A stretch of DNA of 64,000 bases from Solirubrobacterales bacterium (GTDB taxonomy: Bacteria > Actinomycetota > Thermoleophilia > Solirubrobacterales > Solirubrobacteraceae): assembly GCA_038251325.1 (NCBI GenBank), contig JBBSBL010000006.1, positions 6,337-70,336 of the forward strand, in the 5' to 3' direction. Under the pieces are notes generated by a model. That model was not told the origin of the DNA. It worked only from the letters and a program-made list of their open reading frames with translations, and searched no databases. Position 1 is the first letter of the stretch, and each line of letters opens with the position of its first letter. Below are positions 45,614 to 54,415 of this stretch, one piece after another. The position numbers and the translations under genes are program-made.

Positions 45614-46426
45614 TCAGGCCCCCGTGAAGCGGGCCGAGCGCTTCTCGACGAAGGCCACGACGCCTTCGGCGAAGTCGGCGGTGGCGGCCTGCTCCTGCTG
45701 GATCTCGGCCTCGAGCGCCAGCTGCGCGTCCATGCCGGCGTAGGCGCGCGCGTTGAGCTGGCGCTTGGTGCCCGCGTAGGAGCGGGTGGGGCCGGCCGCG
45801 AGCCTCGCCATCAGCTCTGCCACGCCGGCGTCGAAGCCCTCGTCGGGCAGGACGCGGTTGGCCAGGCCCCACTCCAACGCCCGGGCGGCGGGCACCCGCT
45901 CGCCGAGCAGCGACATCTCCATCGCGCGCGAGAAGCCCGCCCGTGCGGGGACGAATACCGAGGAGCCGCCGTCGGGCACGAGCCCGATGTTCACGAAGGC
46001 GAGCAGGAAGTAGGCCGACTCGGCGGCCACCACGAGATCGGCGGCGAGCGCGAGCGAGCAGCCGATGCCCACCGCCGGCCCGTGCACGGCGGCGACAACC
46101 GGCTTCGGCATGCGCCGGATCCCGGTGATGATCGGGTGGTAGCGCTCGGTGAGCGTCGTGTGGACGTCCGGATGGCCCTCCGGGGTCGGGTCGAACCCCG
46201 CCTTGAGGTCCGCGCCGGATGAGAAGCCGCGCCCGGCGCCGCGGATCTCCACCGCGCGCACCGCCGGGTCCTCGGCGACCCGCTCGATCGCCGCCAGCAG
46301 GTCCACGCCGAACTGCTTGTTCCACGCGTTCATCGTCTCGGGCCGGTTGAGCTCGATCCGCGCGGCGCCCTCGCGCGCGGAGAGGTTGACGGTGTCGTAG
46401 GCGTGCGGCAGGGCGTGGTCGGTCAT
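45614..46426 (-). CDS. Enoyl-CoA hydratase/isomerase (crotonase) family protein
   Basis: RIELNRPETMNAW, VRAVEIRGAGRGFSSGADL, AAVHGPAVGIGCSLALAAD. Confidence 0.85.
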   Translation of the reverse strand: MTDHALPHAYDTVNLSAREGAARIELNRPETMNAWNKQFGVDLLAAIERVAEDPAVRAVEIRGAGRGFSSGADLKAGFDPTPEGHPDVHTTLTERYHPIITGIRRMPKPVVAAVHGPAVGIGCSLALAADLVVAAESAYFLLAFVNIGLVPDGGSSVFVPARAGFSRAMEMSLLGERVPAARALEWGLANRVLPDEGFDAGVAELMARLAAGPTRSYAGTKRQLNARAYAGMDAQLALEAEIQQEQAATADFAEGVVAFVEKRSARFTGA

Positions 46427-46447
46427 GGCGGCGGACCCTATCCGGGT

Positions 46448-47422
46448 CTACGGCAGCAGCCCGGTCTCGCGGAACCACGCCTCGGTGCGGCGCATGCCCT
46501 CCTCGAGATCGACGGCCGGCTCCCAGCCGAGCACCTCGCGCGCGCGGGTGTTCGGGTAGGTGGCGCGGCGGTCGATGAAGGTGATCGCGGTGCGCGAGAC
46601 CGCCGGCGGGCGGCCGGTGACGCGCGCGCCGAGCTCCAGCGCGAGGGCGCCGAGCGAGACGAGCGCGCTCGGCGCGGTCGGGACCCGGTCGCGACCGAGC
46701 ATCCGCGCGTAGTGGCCGATGAAGTCCGCCGCGGTGACGGGGTGCCCGTCCCACGCCGTGAACGCCTGGCCGCCCGCCTGGGGGTGGTCGAGCGCGCGGA
46801 CGACGCAGTCCACGAGGTCGTCGATGTAGACCGGGGTCATGAGGCCCTCGCCCCGGCCGGGGAGGACGAACACTCCGGCGCGCAGCGTCTCGAGAGGGCG
46901 GACCGACCACGGGATCGACCCCGGGCCGTAGACGTCGCCGGGACGCACGACCGCCGCCCCCGCGCGCCGGGCGAGGAGGTCGGAGGCCGCCTTGGTGTCG
47001 ACGTAGGGGACGCCGCAGGCGCGCGGCTCGGCGTCCTCGGCGAGATCGTCGGGGAACTCGTAGCCCCACGACGCCACCGAGGAGAGGTGGACGACCCGCG
47101 CCTCGCCGGCCGCCGCCGCCAGGACGTTCCGCGTGCCGCGCACGTTGACCCGCACGTGGTCGGCCATCGAGCCCTGGTCGGAGACGATCGCCGCGGTGTG
47201 GATCACCCCGTCACGGCCCGCGAGCGCGGCGGCCAGCGCCTCGGGGTCGGTGACGTCGACCGCGCGGAACTCCGCTCCGGCCTCGGCGGCGCGGGCCGCC
47301 GCCCCGGGCGCGATGTCGAGGCCGAGGACGTCGCGTCCCTCGCCGGTCAGCCGGGCGCACAGCGCGGCGCCGATGAACCCGCCGGCGCCGGTCACGGCGA
47401 GGCTGCGAGGGGCGAGCGCCAC
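46448..47422 (-). CDS. NAD-dependent epimerase/dehydratase (extended SDR) family protein
   Basis: LAVTGAGGFIGAAL Rossmann motif and a later Y..TK (PYVDTKAAS). GTG at 47422 is preferred over the 47515 start. Confidence 0.8.
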   Translation of the reverse strand: MALAPRSLAVTGAGGFIGAALCARLTGEGRDVLGLDIAPGAAARAAEAGAEFRAVDVTDPEALAAALAGRDGVIHTAAIVSDQGSMADHVRVNVRGTRNVLAAAAGEARVVHLSSVASWGYEFPDDLAEDAEPRACGVPYVDTKAASDLLARRAGAAVVRPGDVYGPGSIPWSVRPLETLRAGVFVLPGRGEGLMTPVYIDDLVDCVVRALDHPQAGGQAFTAWDGHPVTAADFIGHYARMLGRDRVPTAPSALVSLGALALELGARVTGRPPAVSRTAITFIDRRATYPNTRAREVLGWEPAVDLEEGMRRTEAWFRETGLLP

Positions 47423-47495
47423 GCCCGGAGTTCTACAGGCCGACCGCCCCGCCGGGCGGGCCGGAGGCGGGGAGGCCGACGTTAGACTCGGCGCC

Positions 47496-48443
47496 TTGCG
47501 ACGCTCCTCGGCCATTCGCGCGACCGCCTGGGTCGTGGTCGCCGCCGGGGTCGCCGCGCCGCTGGTGCGCCGCCGGGTGCGCCTGCCCGCGCCGGTGGTG
47601 ATCGGGACGGCCGCCGCGGCGCCGGTCGCGCTCAGCGTCGTGGTTCCGCGCTCGCGCGCGCGCGACCTCGCGCTCTGCGTGCTCCAGATGTGGGCCTACG
47701 TGGCCGCCTACGAGATGCCGGCCGACGACCCCGAGGCCCTCGAGCGCCGCGTGCACATCGACTACCCGGTGCGGATCGACCGCGCGCTCGGCCTCGGCGT
47801 CCCTCCGACGCTCCGCCTCCAGCGCCTCTTCGCCCACCCCGACCGGATCCGGCCCTACGAGAGGGTGCTGGCGTGGTCGCACTGGGTCTGGTTCGCGGTG
47901 CCCCACACCACGGTCGTCTACATCCTGCTCTTCCATCGCGACCGCTTCCCCCGGGCCGCGGTGCAGACCTACGCGGTGTTCGACCTCGGGGCGCTGGTCT
48001 ACTGGGCGCTGCCGACCGCCCCGCCGTGGTACGCGGCCGAGCACGGGCGCCTGGAGGACGGGCAGACCCCGCGAGTGCGGCGGATGATGATCGAGTACGG
48101 ACGCCAGTTCTGGCGTGACCGGTGGGCGCCGCTCTACGCTCTGTTCGGAGGGAATCCCCTCGCCGCCATGCCGTCGATCCACTTCGCCACCTCGGTGATG
48201 GCCGCGCGCCTGCTGAGCGAGACCGGCCCGGTCGCCGGGGCGATCGGGTGGGCCTACGCCGGCACGCTCGGCACCGCGCTCGTCTATCTCGGCGAGCACT
48301 ACGTCGTCGATCTCCTCGCCGGCCTGGCGCTCACCGAGGGCGTTCGCGCCGCCGCGCCGCACGCCGCGCCGGCCTTCGCCACGGTCTCGCGCCGGATCGC
48401 AGCCCTCGAGCGGCCCGCCCGCCCCGCGGAGTCGATCGCCTAG
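47496..48443 (+). CDS. PAP2-superfamily-like integral membrane protein (PAP2_C / AUR1-like)
   Basis: Multi-TM. C-terminal motifs PSIHFATS and GEHYVVD resemble the PAP2 C2/C3 boxes. The start is uncertain (TTG at 47496 or a GTG near 47532). Confidence 0.6.
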   Translation: MRRSSAIRATAWVVVAAGVAAPLVRRRVRLPAPVVIGTAAAAPVALSVVVPRSRARDLALCVLQMWAYVAAYEMPADDPEALERRVHIDYPVRIDRALGLGVPPTLRLQRLFAHPDRIRPYERVLAWSHWVWFAVPHTTVVYILLFHRDRFPRAAVQTYAVFDLGALVYWALPTAPPWYAAEHGRLEDGQTPRVRRMMIEYGRQFWRDRWAPLYALFGGNPLAAMPSIHFATSVMAARLLSETGPVAGAIGWAYAGTLGTALVYLGEHYVVDLLAGLALTEGVRAAAPHAAPAFATVSRRIAALERPARPAESIA

Positions 48444-48446
48444 CCG

Positions 48447-49562
48447 ATGGCGGACGAGGTCCTCGCCAGCGCGCGACATCGCGCCCCCGTCGCGGACGCG
48501 AATCCGCTGACGCGGGTCGACGACGACGAGGAGATGCCGCAGGTCGTCTTCACCCCGCGCAGCGTGCTCGTGTTCGTGCTCTTCGTGCTGGCCGCCGTCG
48601 CCTTCCTGTACTTCGTGCTGCCGCGGATCGGCGGGCTGGACGACACGTGGTCGCGGATCCGCAACGGCGACCCGGCCTGGCTCGTGGCGGCCGGGCTGCT
48701 CGAGATCGCCTCCTACCTGAGCTACGTCGTGCTCTTCCGCGCAGTGTGCGTGGACGAAGGATCCCCGATCGGCCTGCGCGAGAGCTACCAGATCAGCCTG
48801 GCCGGGGTGGCCGCGACGCGGCTCTTCGCCGCGGCCGGCGCGGGCGGCATCGCGGTGACGGCGTGGGCGCTGCGGCGCTCGGGGATGGAGCCGCGGCTTG
48901 TCGCCTGCCGGATGGTCGCCTTCATGGTCATCGTCTACGGCGTCTTCATGGGCACGCTGGTCATCGGCGGCCTGGGGCTCAACTCCGGGATCCTGCCCGG
49001 CGGCACGTCCTTCGCCTTCACCACGGTGCCGGCGCTCTTCGGCGGCGCGGTGATCCTCATCTTCCTGGCGATGTCGCTGCTGCCCAGCGACTTCGAGCGC
49101 CGCCTGCGGGAGTGGTCGAAGGGGAAGGGCCGCTTCGGCCACCTCGCCGGCCGGCTGGCGACCGCTCCGGCCTCGGTGGCCAGCGGCACGCGGACCGCGC
49201 TGCGGCTCACGCGCGAGCGCCGGCCCGGCCTGCTCGGGGCAATCGGCTGGTGGTACTTCGACATCGCCGTCCTGTGGGCGTGCTTCCACGCCTTCGGGCT
49301 CGCGCCGCCCTTCGCCGTCGTCGTGATGGCCTACTTCATCGGCCAGCTCGGCAACGTGCTGCCGCTGCCCGGCGGGGTGGGCGGGGTGGAGGGCGCGATG
49401 GTCGGCGCGTTCGCCGGCTTCGGAGTCGACGCGGGGCTCGCGCTGGTGGCGGTGCTGACCTATCGTGCCTTCGCGTTCTGGCTGCCGACGATCCCGGGGG
49501 GGATCGCCTACCTCCAGCTGCGCAAGACGGTCCAGCGCTGGAAGCTCGGCCGCGTGGCGTAA
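48447..49562 (+). CDS. Flippase-like (lysyl-phosphatidylglycerol-synthase transmembrane-region-like, UPF0104) membrane protein
   Basis: 371 aa with about 8 TM helices. The pattern ..PGGVGGVEGAMV.. near the C-terminus is typical of this family. Confidence 0.65.
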   Translation: MADEVLASARHRAPVADANPLTRVDDDEEMPQVVFTPRSVLVFVLFVLAAVAFLYFVLPRIGGLDDTWSRIRNGDPAWLVAAGLLEIASYLSYVVLFRAVCVDEGSPIGLRESYQISLAGVAATRLFAAAGAGGIAVTAWALRRSGMEPRLVACRMVAFMVIVYGVFMGTLVIGGLGLNSGILPGGTSFAFTTVPALFGGAVILIFLAMSLLPSDFERRLREWSKGKGRFGHLAGRLATAPASVASGTRTALRLTRERRPGLLGAIGWWYFDIAVLWACFHAFGLAPPFAVVVMAYFIGQLGNVLPLPGGVGGVEGAMVGAFAGFGVDAGLALVAVLTYRAFAFWLPTIPGGIAYLQLRKTVQRWKLGRVA

Positions 49563-49619
49563 CACTATACTTTTTGAAGTGACTGACCCGGCGACACGGA
49601 AGCGGACGCGGCGGAGGAC

Positions 49620-50597
49620 ATGACCGACATCGAGAACATCGTCATCATCGGCAGCGGGCCGGCGGGCTACACGGCCGCGCTCTACACGGGCCGCGCGGAC
49701 CTCGCGCCGCTCGTGGCCGAGGGCTTCGCGTGGGGCGGCTTGCTCCAGCAGACCACCGACGTCGAGAACTTCCCCGGATATCCGGCGGGCGTCATGGGCC
49801 CCGAGATGATGCAGCAGCTCCGCGACCAGGCCGAGCGCTTCGGCGCGCGGCTCGTGACCGACGACGCGACCGCGGTCGAGCTCGCCGCCGAGCCGGGGGG
49901 CGTCCATCGTGTGACGATCGGCGACGAGCTCCACGCGACCCGTGCGGTCATCCTCGCGATGGGCGCGCAGCACAAGAAGATCGGCGCGCCGGGCGAGGAC
50001 GCGCTCGCCGGCCGCGGCGTCTCGTACTGCGCGACCTGCGACGCCGCGTTCTTCAAGGACAGCGACACGCTCATCGTCGGCGGCGGCGACTCCGCGATGG
50101 AGGAGGCGATGTTCCTCGCGAAGTTCGCGCGCTCGGTGACCATCCTCAATCGCCGCGACGAGTTCCGCGCCTCGGCCATCATGCTGGACCGCGCCCGCGA
50201 GGTGGACAACATCCGCTGGATGACGCCGTTCTTCGTCGAGGAGTTCGTGGCCGGGCAGAACGGCGCGCTCGCCCACGTCCGGGTCCGGCACGCCGAGACC
50301 GGCGAGACGCAGGACGTCCCGGCCGGCGGTGCCTTCGTCGCGATCGGCCACGAGCCGCAGTCGGGACTCGTGCACGGCCTCGTCGACACCGACGAGAACG
50401 GCTACGTCCTCACCGACGGGCGCTCGACGCGGACCAGCGTGCCCGGCGTCTTCGCGGCGGGAGACCTCGTCGATCACACCTATCGCCAGGCGGTCACCGC
50501 CGCTGGGTCGGGGTGCCAGGCCGCGCTCGACGCCGAGTGGTACCTGCGCGACACGCCGCTGGCCGCCGGCGCGGCCGGCGCCGCCGCGTCGGCGTAG
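49620..50597 (+). CDS. trxB: Thioredoxin-disulfide reductase
   Basis: IIGSGPAGYTAA, redox-active CATCDA, GGGDSAMEEA, GVFAAGD. GGAGGA SD. Confidence 0.95.
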   Translation: MTDIENIVIIGSGPAGYTAALYTGRADLAPLVAEGFAWGGLLQQTTDVENFPGYPAGVMGPEMMQQLRDQAERFGARLVTDDATAVELAAEPGGVHRVTIGDELHATRAVILAMGAQHKKIGAPGEDALAGRGVSYCATCDAAFFKDSDTLIVGGGDSAMEEAMFLAKFARSVTILNRRDEFRASAIMLDRAREVDNIRWMTPFFVEEFVAGQNGALAHVRVRHAETGETQDVPAGGAFVAIGHEPQSGLVHGLVDTDENGYVLTDGRSTRTSVPGVFAAGDLVDHTYRQAVTAAGSGCQAALDAEWYLRDTPLAAGAAGAAASA

Positions 50598-50669
50598 GCT
50601 CCGCGCCCGGGAAGGGAGCGCGGCGCGCCGGCGTCCTCTCCCTGGAGACCCCTCCCCGAAAGGACGCCT

Positions 50670-51122
50670 GTGTCGATCCCCCGCTCTTCTCGCGCCCGCC
50701 TCGTGCTCGTCGTGCTCACGCTCGTCGCCCTCCTCGGCGCCACGGTGGCCGCGGCGGCCGCGACGCGCCACAAGCCCAAGCCGAAGACGGCCACCGTGCT
50801 CAAGGCGCGCAAGATCGGCAAGCGGACGCTGCTCACCAACGCCCGGGGCCTCACCGTCTACTTCCTGACGGGCGATCGCAAGGGCGAGGGCTGCGCCGGA
50901 TCCTGCCTCGGCGTGTGGCCGGTGGTCGGCGCGCCCGCCAAGGGCAAGCTGGTCGGCGGCCGGGGGGTGCGCGGGAAGATCGGCGTCGTGCGGCGCCCCG
51001 ACCACAAGCGCCAACTCACCTTCCGCGGGAAGCCGCTCTACACCTTCGCGCCCGACATGGCGCCCGGAAAGGCGAAGGGCGATGGCGTCGGCGGCGTGTG
51101 GTTCGCGCTGAAGGCGTCGTGA
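50670..51122 (+). CDS. Secreted protein of the COG4315 / Yx(FWY)xxD-repeat lipoprotein family
   Basis: Signal peptide, then TNARGLTVYFLTGD..C.GSCLGVWP and FRGKPLYTFAPD repeats. Confidence 0.65.
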   Translation: MSIPRSSRARLVLVVLTLVALLGATVAAAAATRHKPKPKTATVLKARKIGKRTLLTNARGLTVYFLTGDRKGEGCAGSCLGVWPVVGAPAKGKLVGGRGVRGKIGVVRRPDHKRQLTFRGKPLYTFAPDMAPGKAKGDGVGGVWFALKAS

Positions 51123-51135
51123 CGGCGGGCGCCCC

Positions 51136-52170
51136 TCAGGGCGTCAGCACGATCTTCAGCGCCTCGCGGTTCGCATAGGCGGCGTAGGCCTCCGGCGCGG
51201 CGTCGAGCGGCATGTGGCGGGTGACGAGCGGCGAGGGGTCGATCACCCCGGCGTCGAGCATCGCCAGCACCGGGTCGACGTGGGCGATCACGTTCGCCTG
51301 GCCGGTGCGCAGCGTGAGGCCCTTGATCCACACGAGCCCCATGTGGACCTCCTGTCGCTCGGCGTAGACGCCGACGACCGAGACCGTTCCGGCGTTGCGG
51401 GCCAGGCGGATCGCGAGCTCGAGCGCGCGCGGGTCGCCGACCGCGTCGATCGCGAGGTCGACGCCGCGACCGGCCGTCACCTGGCGCGCGGCCGCGCGCG
51501 GGTCGCCCTCGGTCAGGTGGGCCGCCGTGGCGCCGAAGCGCTCCGCCATCGCCAGGCGGTCGGCGACGGTGTCCACCGCGATGACGTGCGCGGCGCCGGC
51601 CGCCCGCGCCACCTGGACCGCGCAGAGCCCGACCGGGCCGAGGCCGAGCACGGCCACGCTGTCCCCCACGCGGATCCCGCCGGCGACCACCGCGTGGTAG
51701 GCCGTGCCCATGACGTCGCCGGCGAACAGCGCGACCTCCGCGGACATGCCCTCGGGCACCCGGCGCAGCGCGAGGTTCGCGTGGGGGACGAGCAACTGCT
51801 CCGCCTGCGCGCCGGGCAGGTCGCCGAGCGTCGCGCCGTGGCCGAAGGTCCGGCCGGTCTCGCAGCGGTGGTAGGCGCCGCGCAGGCAGAAGAAGCAGGT
51901 CCCGCACGCCGTCTGGAAGGTGCCGAGCACGCGGTCGCCGACGGCGACCCGGGTGACCTGCTCGCCGGCGGCGAGCACCGTGCCGACGAACTCGTGGCCG
52001 ATCGTGAAGCCGGCCTCGATCGCGATGCGCCCGTGGTAGATGTGGAGGTCCGACCCGCACACGCCGGTGGCCTCGACGGCGAGGATGGCGTCGTCGGGCG
52101 CGGCGAGTTCCGGCTCGGGCCGCTCCTCCACCCGGACCTCGCCCGGGGCCTGGAAGGTCACGGCGCGCAT
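51136..52170 (-). CDS. Zinc-dependent alcohol dehydrogenase (MDR family)
   Basis: GVCGSDLH, GHEFVGTV, structural-zinc Cys cluster (CGTCFFCLRGAYHRC), GLGPVGL. Confidence 0.85.
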   Translation of the reverse strand: MRAVTFQAPGEVRVEERPEPELAAPDDAILAVEATGVCGSDLHIYHGRIAIEAGFTIGHEFVGTVLAAGEQVTRVAVGDRVLGTFQTACGTCFFCLRGAYHRCETGRTFGHGATLGDLPGAQAEQLLVPHANLALRRVPEGMSAEVALFAGDVMGTAYHAVVAGGIRVGDSVAVLGLGPVGLCAVQVARAAGAAHVIAVDTVADRLAMAERFGATAAHLTEGDPRAAARQVTAGRGVDLAIDAVGDPRALELAIRLARNAGTVSVVGVYAERQEVHMGLVWIKGLTLRTGQANVIAHVDPVLAMLDAGVIDPSPLVTRHMPLDAAPEAYAAYANREALKIVLTP

Positions 52171-52263
52171 CAGACGGTCAGCACGGCCGGGAGCGCGGCG
52201 AGGGCATGGCCGTGGATGATGACGCGCCTCGCGTGCGACTGGCTCCGCGCCGCGTCGCTCGCC

Positions 52264-52881
52264 TCACGCCAGTCCTCGCTCGAGCACCTCGACGAGCTGC
52301 GCGTAGGTCGCCTCGAGGTCGAAGCCCCTGGGGTCGAGCAGGTGCTGGTAGACGATGCCGCCGAGCGCCGCCGCGATGATCGTGATCACCGTCTCGGGAG
52401 CGAGGCCGCTCCGCATCTCTCCGGAGGCGATCCCCGCGGCGATCGGCTCCCGCAGGAGCCGGCGAAGGTGCCGGTGCAGATCGGCGAAGCGGGCCGCGAG
52501 CTCCGGTCGCGGACCCAGCGCCTCGAACATCAGGACATAGAAGAGGCGCAGCGCCTCGGCGTCCTCGGTCAGGAAGCGATGGTGCGAGCGCACGCCGCGA
52601 CGAACGGCTTCGAGGCCCACGGCATCGCCGATGTCCGGCACGAGAGTCTCGCTCTCCCAGCGCGTGAACGCGCGCTCGACCACCGCCCAGAGCAGGCCCT
52701 CCTTGGAGCCGAAGTGCCAGAAGATCGATCCGCGGCTGATGCCCGCCATCTCGCCGATCGCCTGCACTGAGGTGTCGCGGTAGCCCCGGGCGGCAAAGAG
52801 CTTCGTGGCCGAGTCCACGAGGCGGGCGCGGGTGTCGTCAGACTGCTCCTGCTTGCGCGTCGGTCCGGGGCGTGCCGCCAT
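52264..52881 (-). CDS. TetR/AcrR-family transcriptional regulator
   Basis: N-terminal HTH RARLVDSATKLFAARGYRDTSVQAIGEMAGISRGSIFWHFGSKEGL. Confidence 0.85.
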   Translation of the reverse strand: MAARPGPTRKQEQSDDTRARLVDSATKLFAARGYRDTSVQAIGEMAGISRGSIFWHFGSKEGLLWAVVERAFTRWESETLVPDIGDAVGLEAVRRGVRSHHRFLTEDAEALRLFYVLMFEALGPRPELAARFADLHRHLRRLLREPIAAGIASGEMRSGLAPETVITIIAAALGGIVYQHLLDPRGFDLEATYAQLVEVLERGLA

Positions 52882-52897
52882 GCTGACCGTTCAGCAT
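52880..52897. promoter_or_regulatory. Palindromic candidate operator overlapping the TetR start codon
   Basis: ATGCTGA-ccgt-TCAGCAT: perfect 7-bp arms with a 4-bp spacer. The last 2 nt belong to the TetR ATG. Confidence 0.4.
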
Positions 52898-52942
52898 AGA
52901 CCCGACCCGGCGGTGTGAGGGCGAGCCCGCGGTCCCGGGCTC

Positions 52943-54352
52943 TCAGCGCGCCACAGGGTCGCCTGCCGCTTCCAGCAGCTCGTCCACCGCCGACGTGATC
53001 CCCTCGGCCACGAGGTCGAGGTCCGGCAGTGCGTCGAGGTCGGCGAGCAGGCCGAAGTTCAGCGCGCCGTGGTAGCTCATGATCGCGATGGCCAGCGCCC
53101 GGTCGCCGGCCAGGAACGGGATCGGGAAGAGCGACTGCATCTCGTGGCCGAGCAGGTAGATCGGGAGCTGGGGGCCGGGGATGTTCGTCACCAGCAGGTT
53201 GTAGAAGCGGTTGGAGAAGTTCATCCGGGAGGCCTGCGCGAGGATCGTCGGCGGCGCGAAGCCCTGCATGCCGGCGATGACCTCGGCGCCGAGCGCCTGC
53301 TTGCTCTCCTTGAGCCCGTCCATCGCCGTGCGCACCACCCGCAGGCGCTCGACCGGATCCTCGATGTAGATCGGCAGCGGCGCGAGGATCTGCGTGAGCT
53401 GGTTGCCGAGCTGGCCGCGCTGGTCGCTGGTGCGGACCGAGACCGGCACGCAGGCCCGCAGCTCCAGGCCGTCGGTGCTCATCCCGCGCAGGCCGAGGAA
53501 GCGGCGCAGCGCCCCGGCCACGACGGCGAGCACGACGTCGTTCACCGTGCCGCCGAGCGCGTTCTTGATCGCCTTGAAGTCGGCGAGCGAGGCGCGCACG
53601 GTCGCGACGCGTCGGTGCGGCCCGATCTCGACGTTGAACGGCGTCGGCGGCGGCGCGTTGAGCCCGGTCCACACGACCTCCCCGACGCCCTCCAGCGCCG
53701 AGCGCACCGCGCCGAGGGTGCGCTGCGGCCGCGCGATCGCTCCGATGGTGTCGCCCGCGACCTCCACCGAGCGCTCGACCGCGCCCTGGGCCGCCGAGGC
53801 CAGCAGGATCGCGCGCCCCGGCTCGGGCCGCGGCTGCCACTCGTCCTCCGGCTCCTCGTGGCGCGGCTCGGGCGCCAGATCGAAGAGCGCGGTCATGAGG
53901 TCGACGCCGGAGACGCCGTCGACGAGTGCGTGGTGGGTCTTGGTGATCAGCGCGAAGCGATCGTCGTCGAGCCCCTCGACCATCCAGATCTCCCACAGCG
54001 GCTTGGTGCGATCCAGCCGCTGCGCGAACAGCCGGCCGACGAGATCGCGCAGCCGGTCCTCGTCGCCGGGCGCAGGCAGCGCGGTGTGGCGGACGTGGTA
54101 GGCGAGGTTGAAGCGGGGGTCGTCGACCCACACCGGCCGGCCGGACTCGAAGGGCGGCCAGGCGAGCTTGTGGCGATAGCGGGGGACGAGGTGCAGGCGG
54201 GAGCGGATGTGCTCGGTGACCGCCTCGATCTCCGGTGGCGGCCCGGTGAAGATCGAGATCCCGCCGATGTGCATGTGGGTCGCGTCGCCCTCCTGCGCCA
54301 GGAAGGCGGCGTCGACCGCGCTGAGCCGATCCATGTGCTGGGGCTGGGCCAT
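52943..54352 (-). CDS. Wax ester synthase / acyl-CoA:diacylglycerol acyltransferase (WS/DGAT)
   Basis: Catalytic HHALVDGVSG (HHxxxDG) and the typical N-terminus ..LSAVDAAFL... The start is ATG at 54352, or 54334/54388. Confidence 0.85.
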   Translation of the reverse strand: MAQPQHMDRLSAVDAAFLAQEGDATHMHIGGISIFTGPPPEIEAVTEHIRSRLHLVPRYRHKLAWPPFESGRPVWVDDPRFNLAYHVRHTALPAPGDEDRLRDLVGRLFAQRLDRTKPLWEIWMVEGLDDDRFALITKTHHALVDGVSGVDLMTALFDLAPEPRHEEPEDEWQPRPEPGRAILLASAAQGAVERSVEVAGDTIGAIARPQRTLGAVRSALEGVGEVVWTGLNAPPPTPFNVEIGPHRRVATVRASLADFKAIKNALGGTVNDVVLAVVAGALRRFLGLRGMSTDGLELRACVPVSVRTSDQRGQLGNQLTQILAPLPIYIEDPVERLRVVRTAMDGLKESKQALGAEVIAGMQGFAPPTILAQASRMNFSNRFYNLLVTNIPGPQLPIYLLGHEMQSLFPIPFLAGDRALAIAIMSYHGALNFGLLADLDALPDLDLVAEGITSAVDELLEAAGDPVAR

Positions 54353-54415
54353 CGTGGTCTCCCGGGCGTGCGTGGCGAGCAGGCGCACCCTAGCGCGGGG
54401 GCGGCGCCCCTCGGC

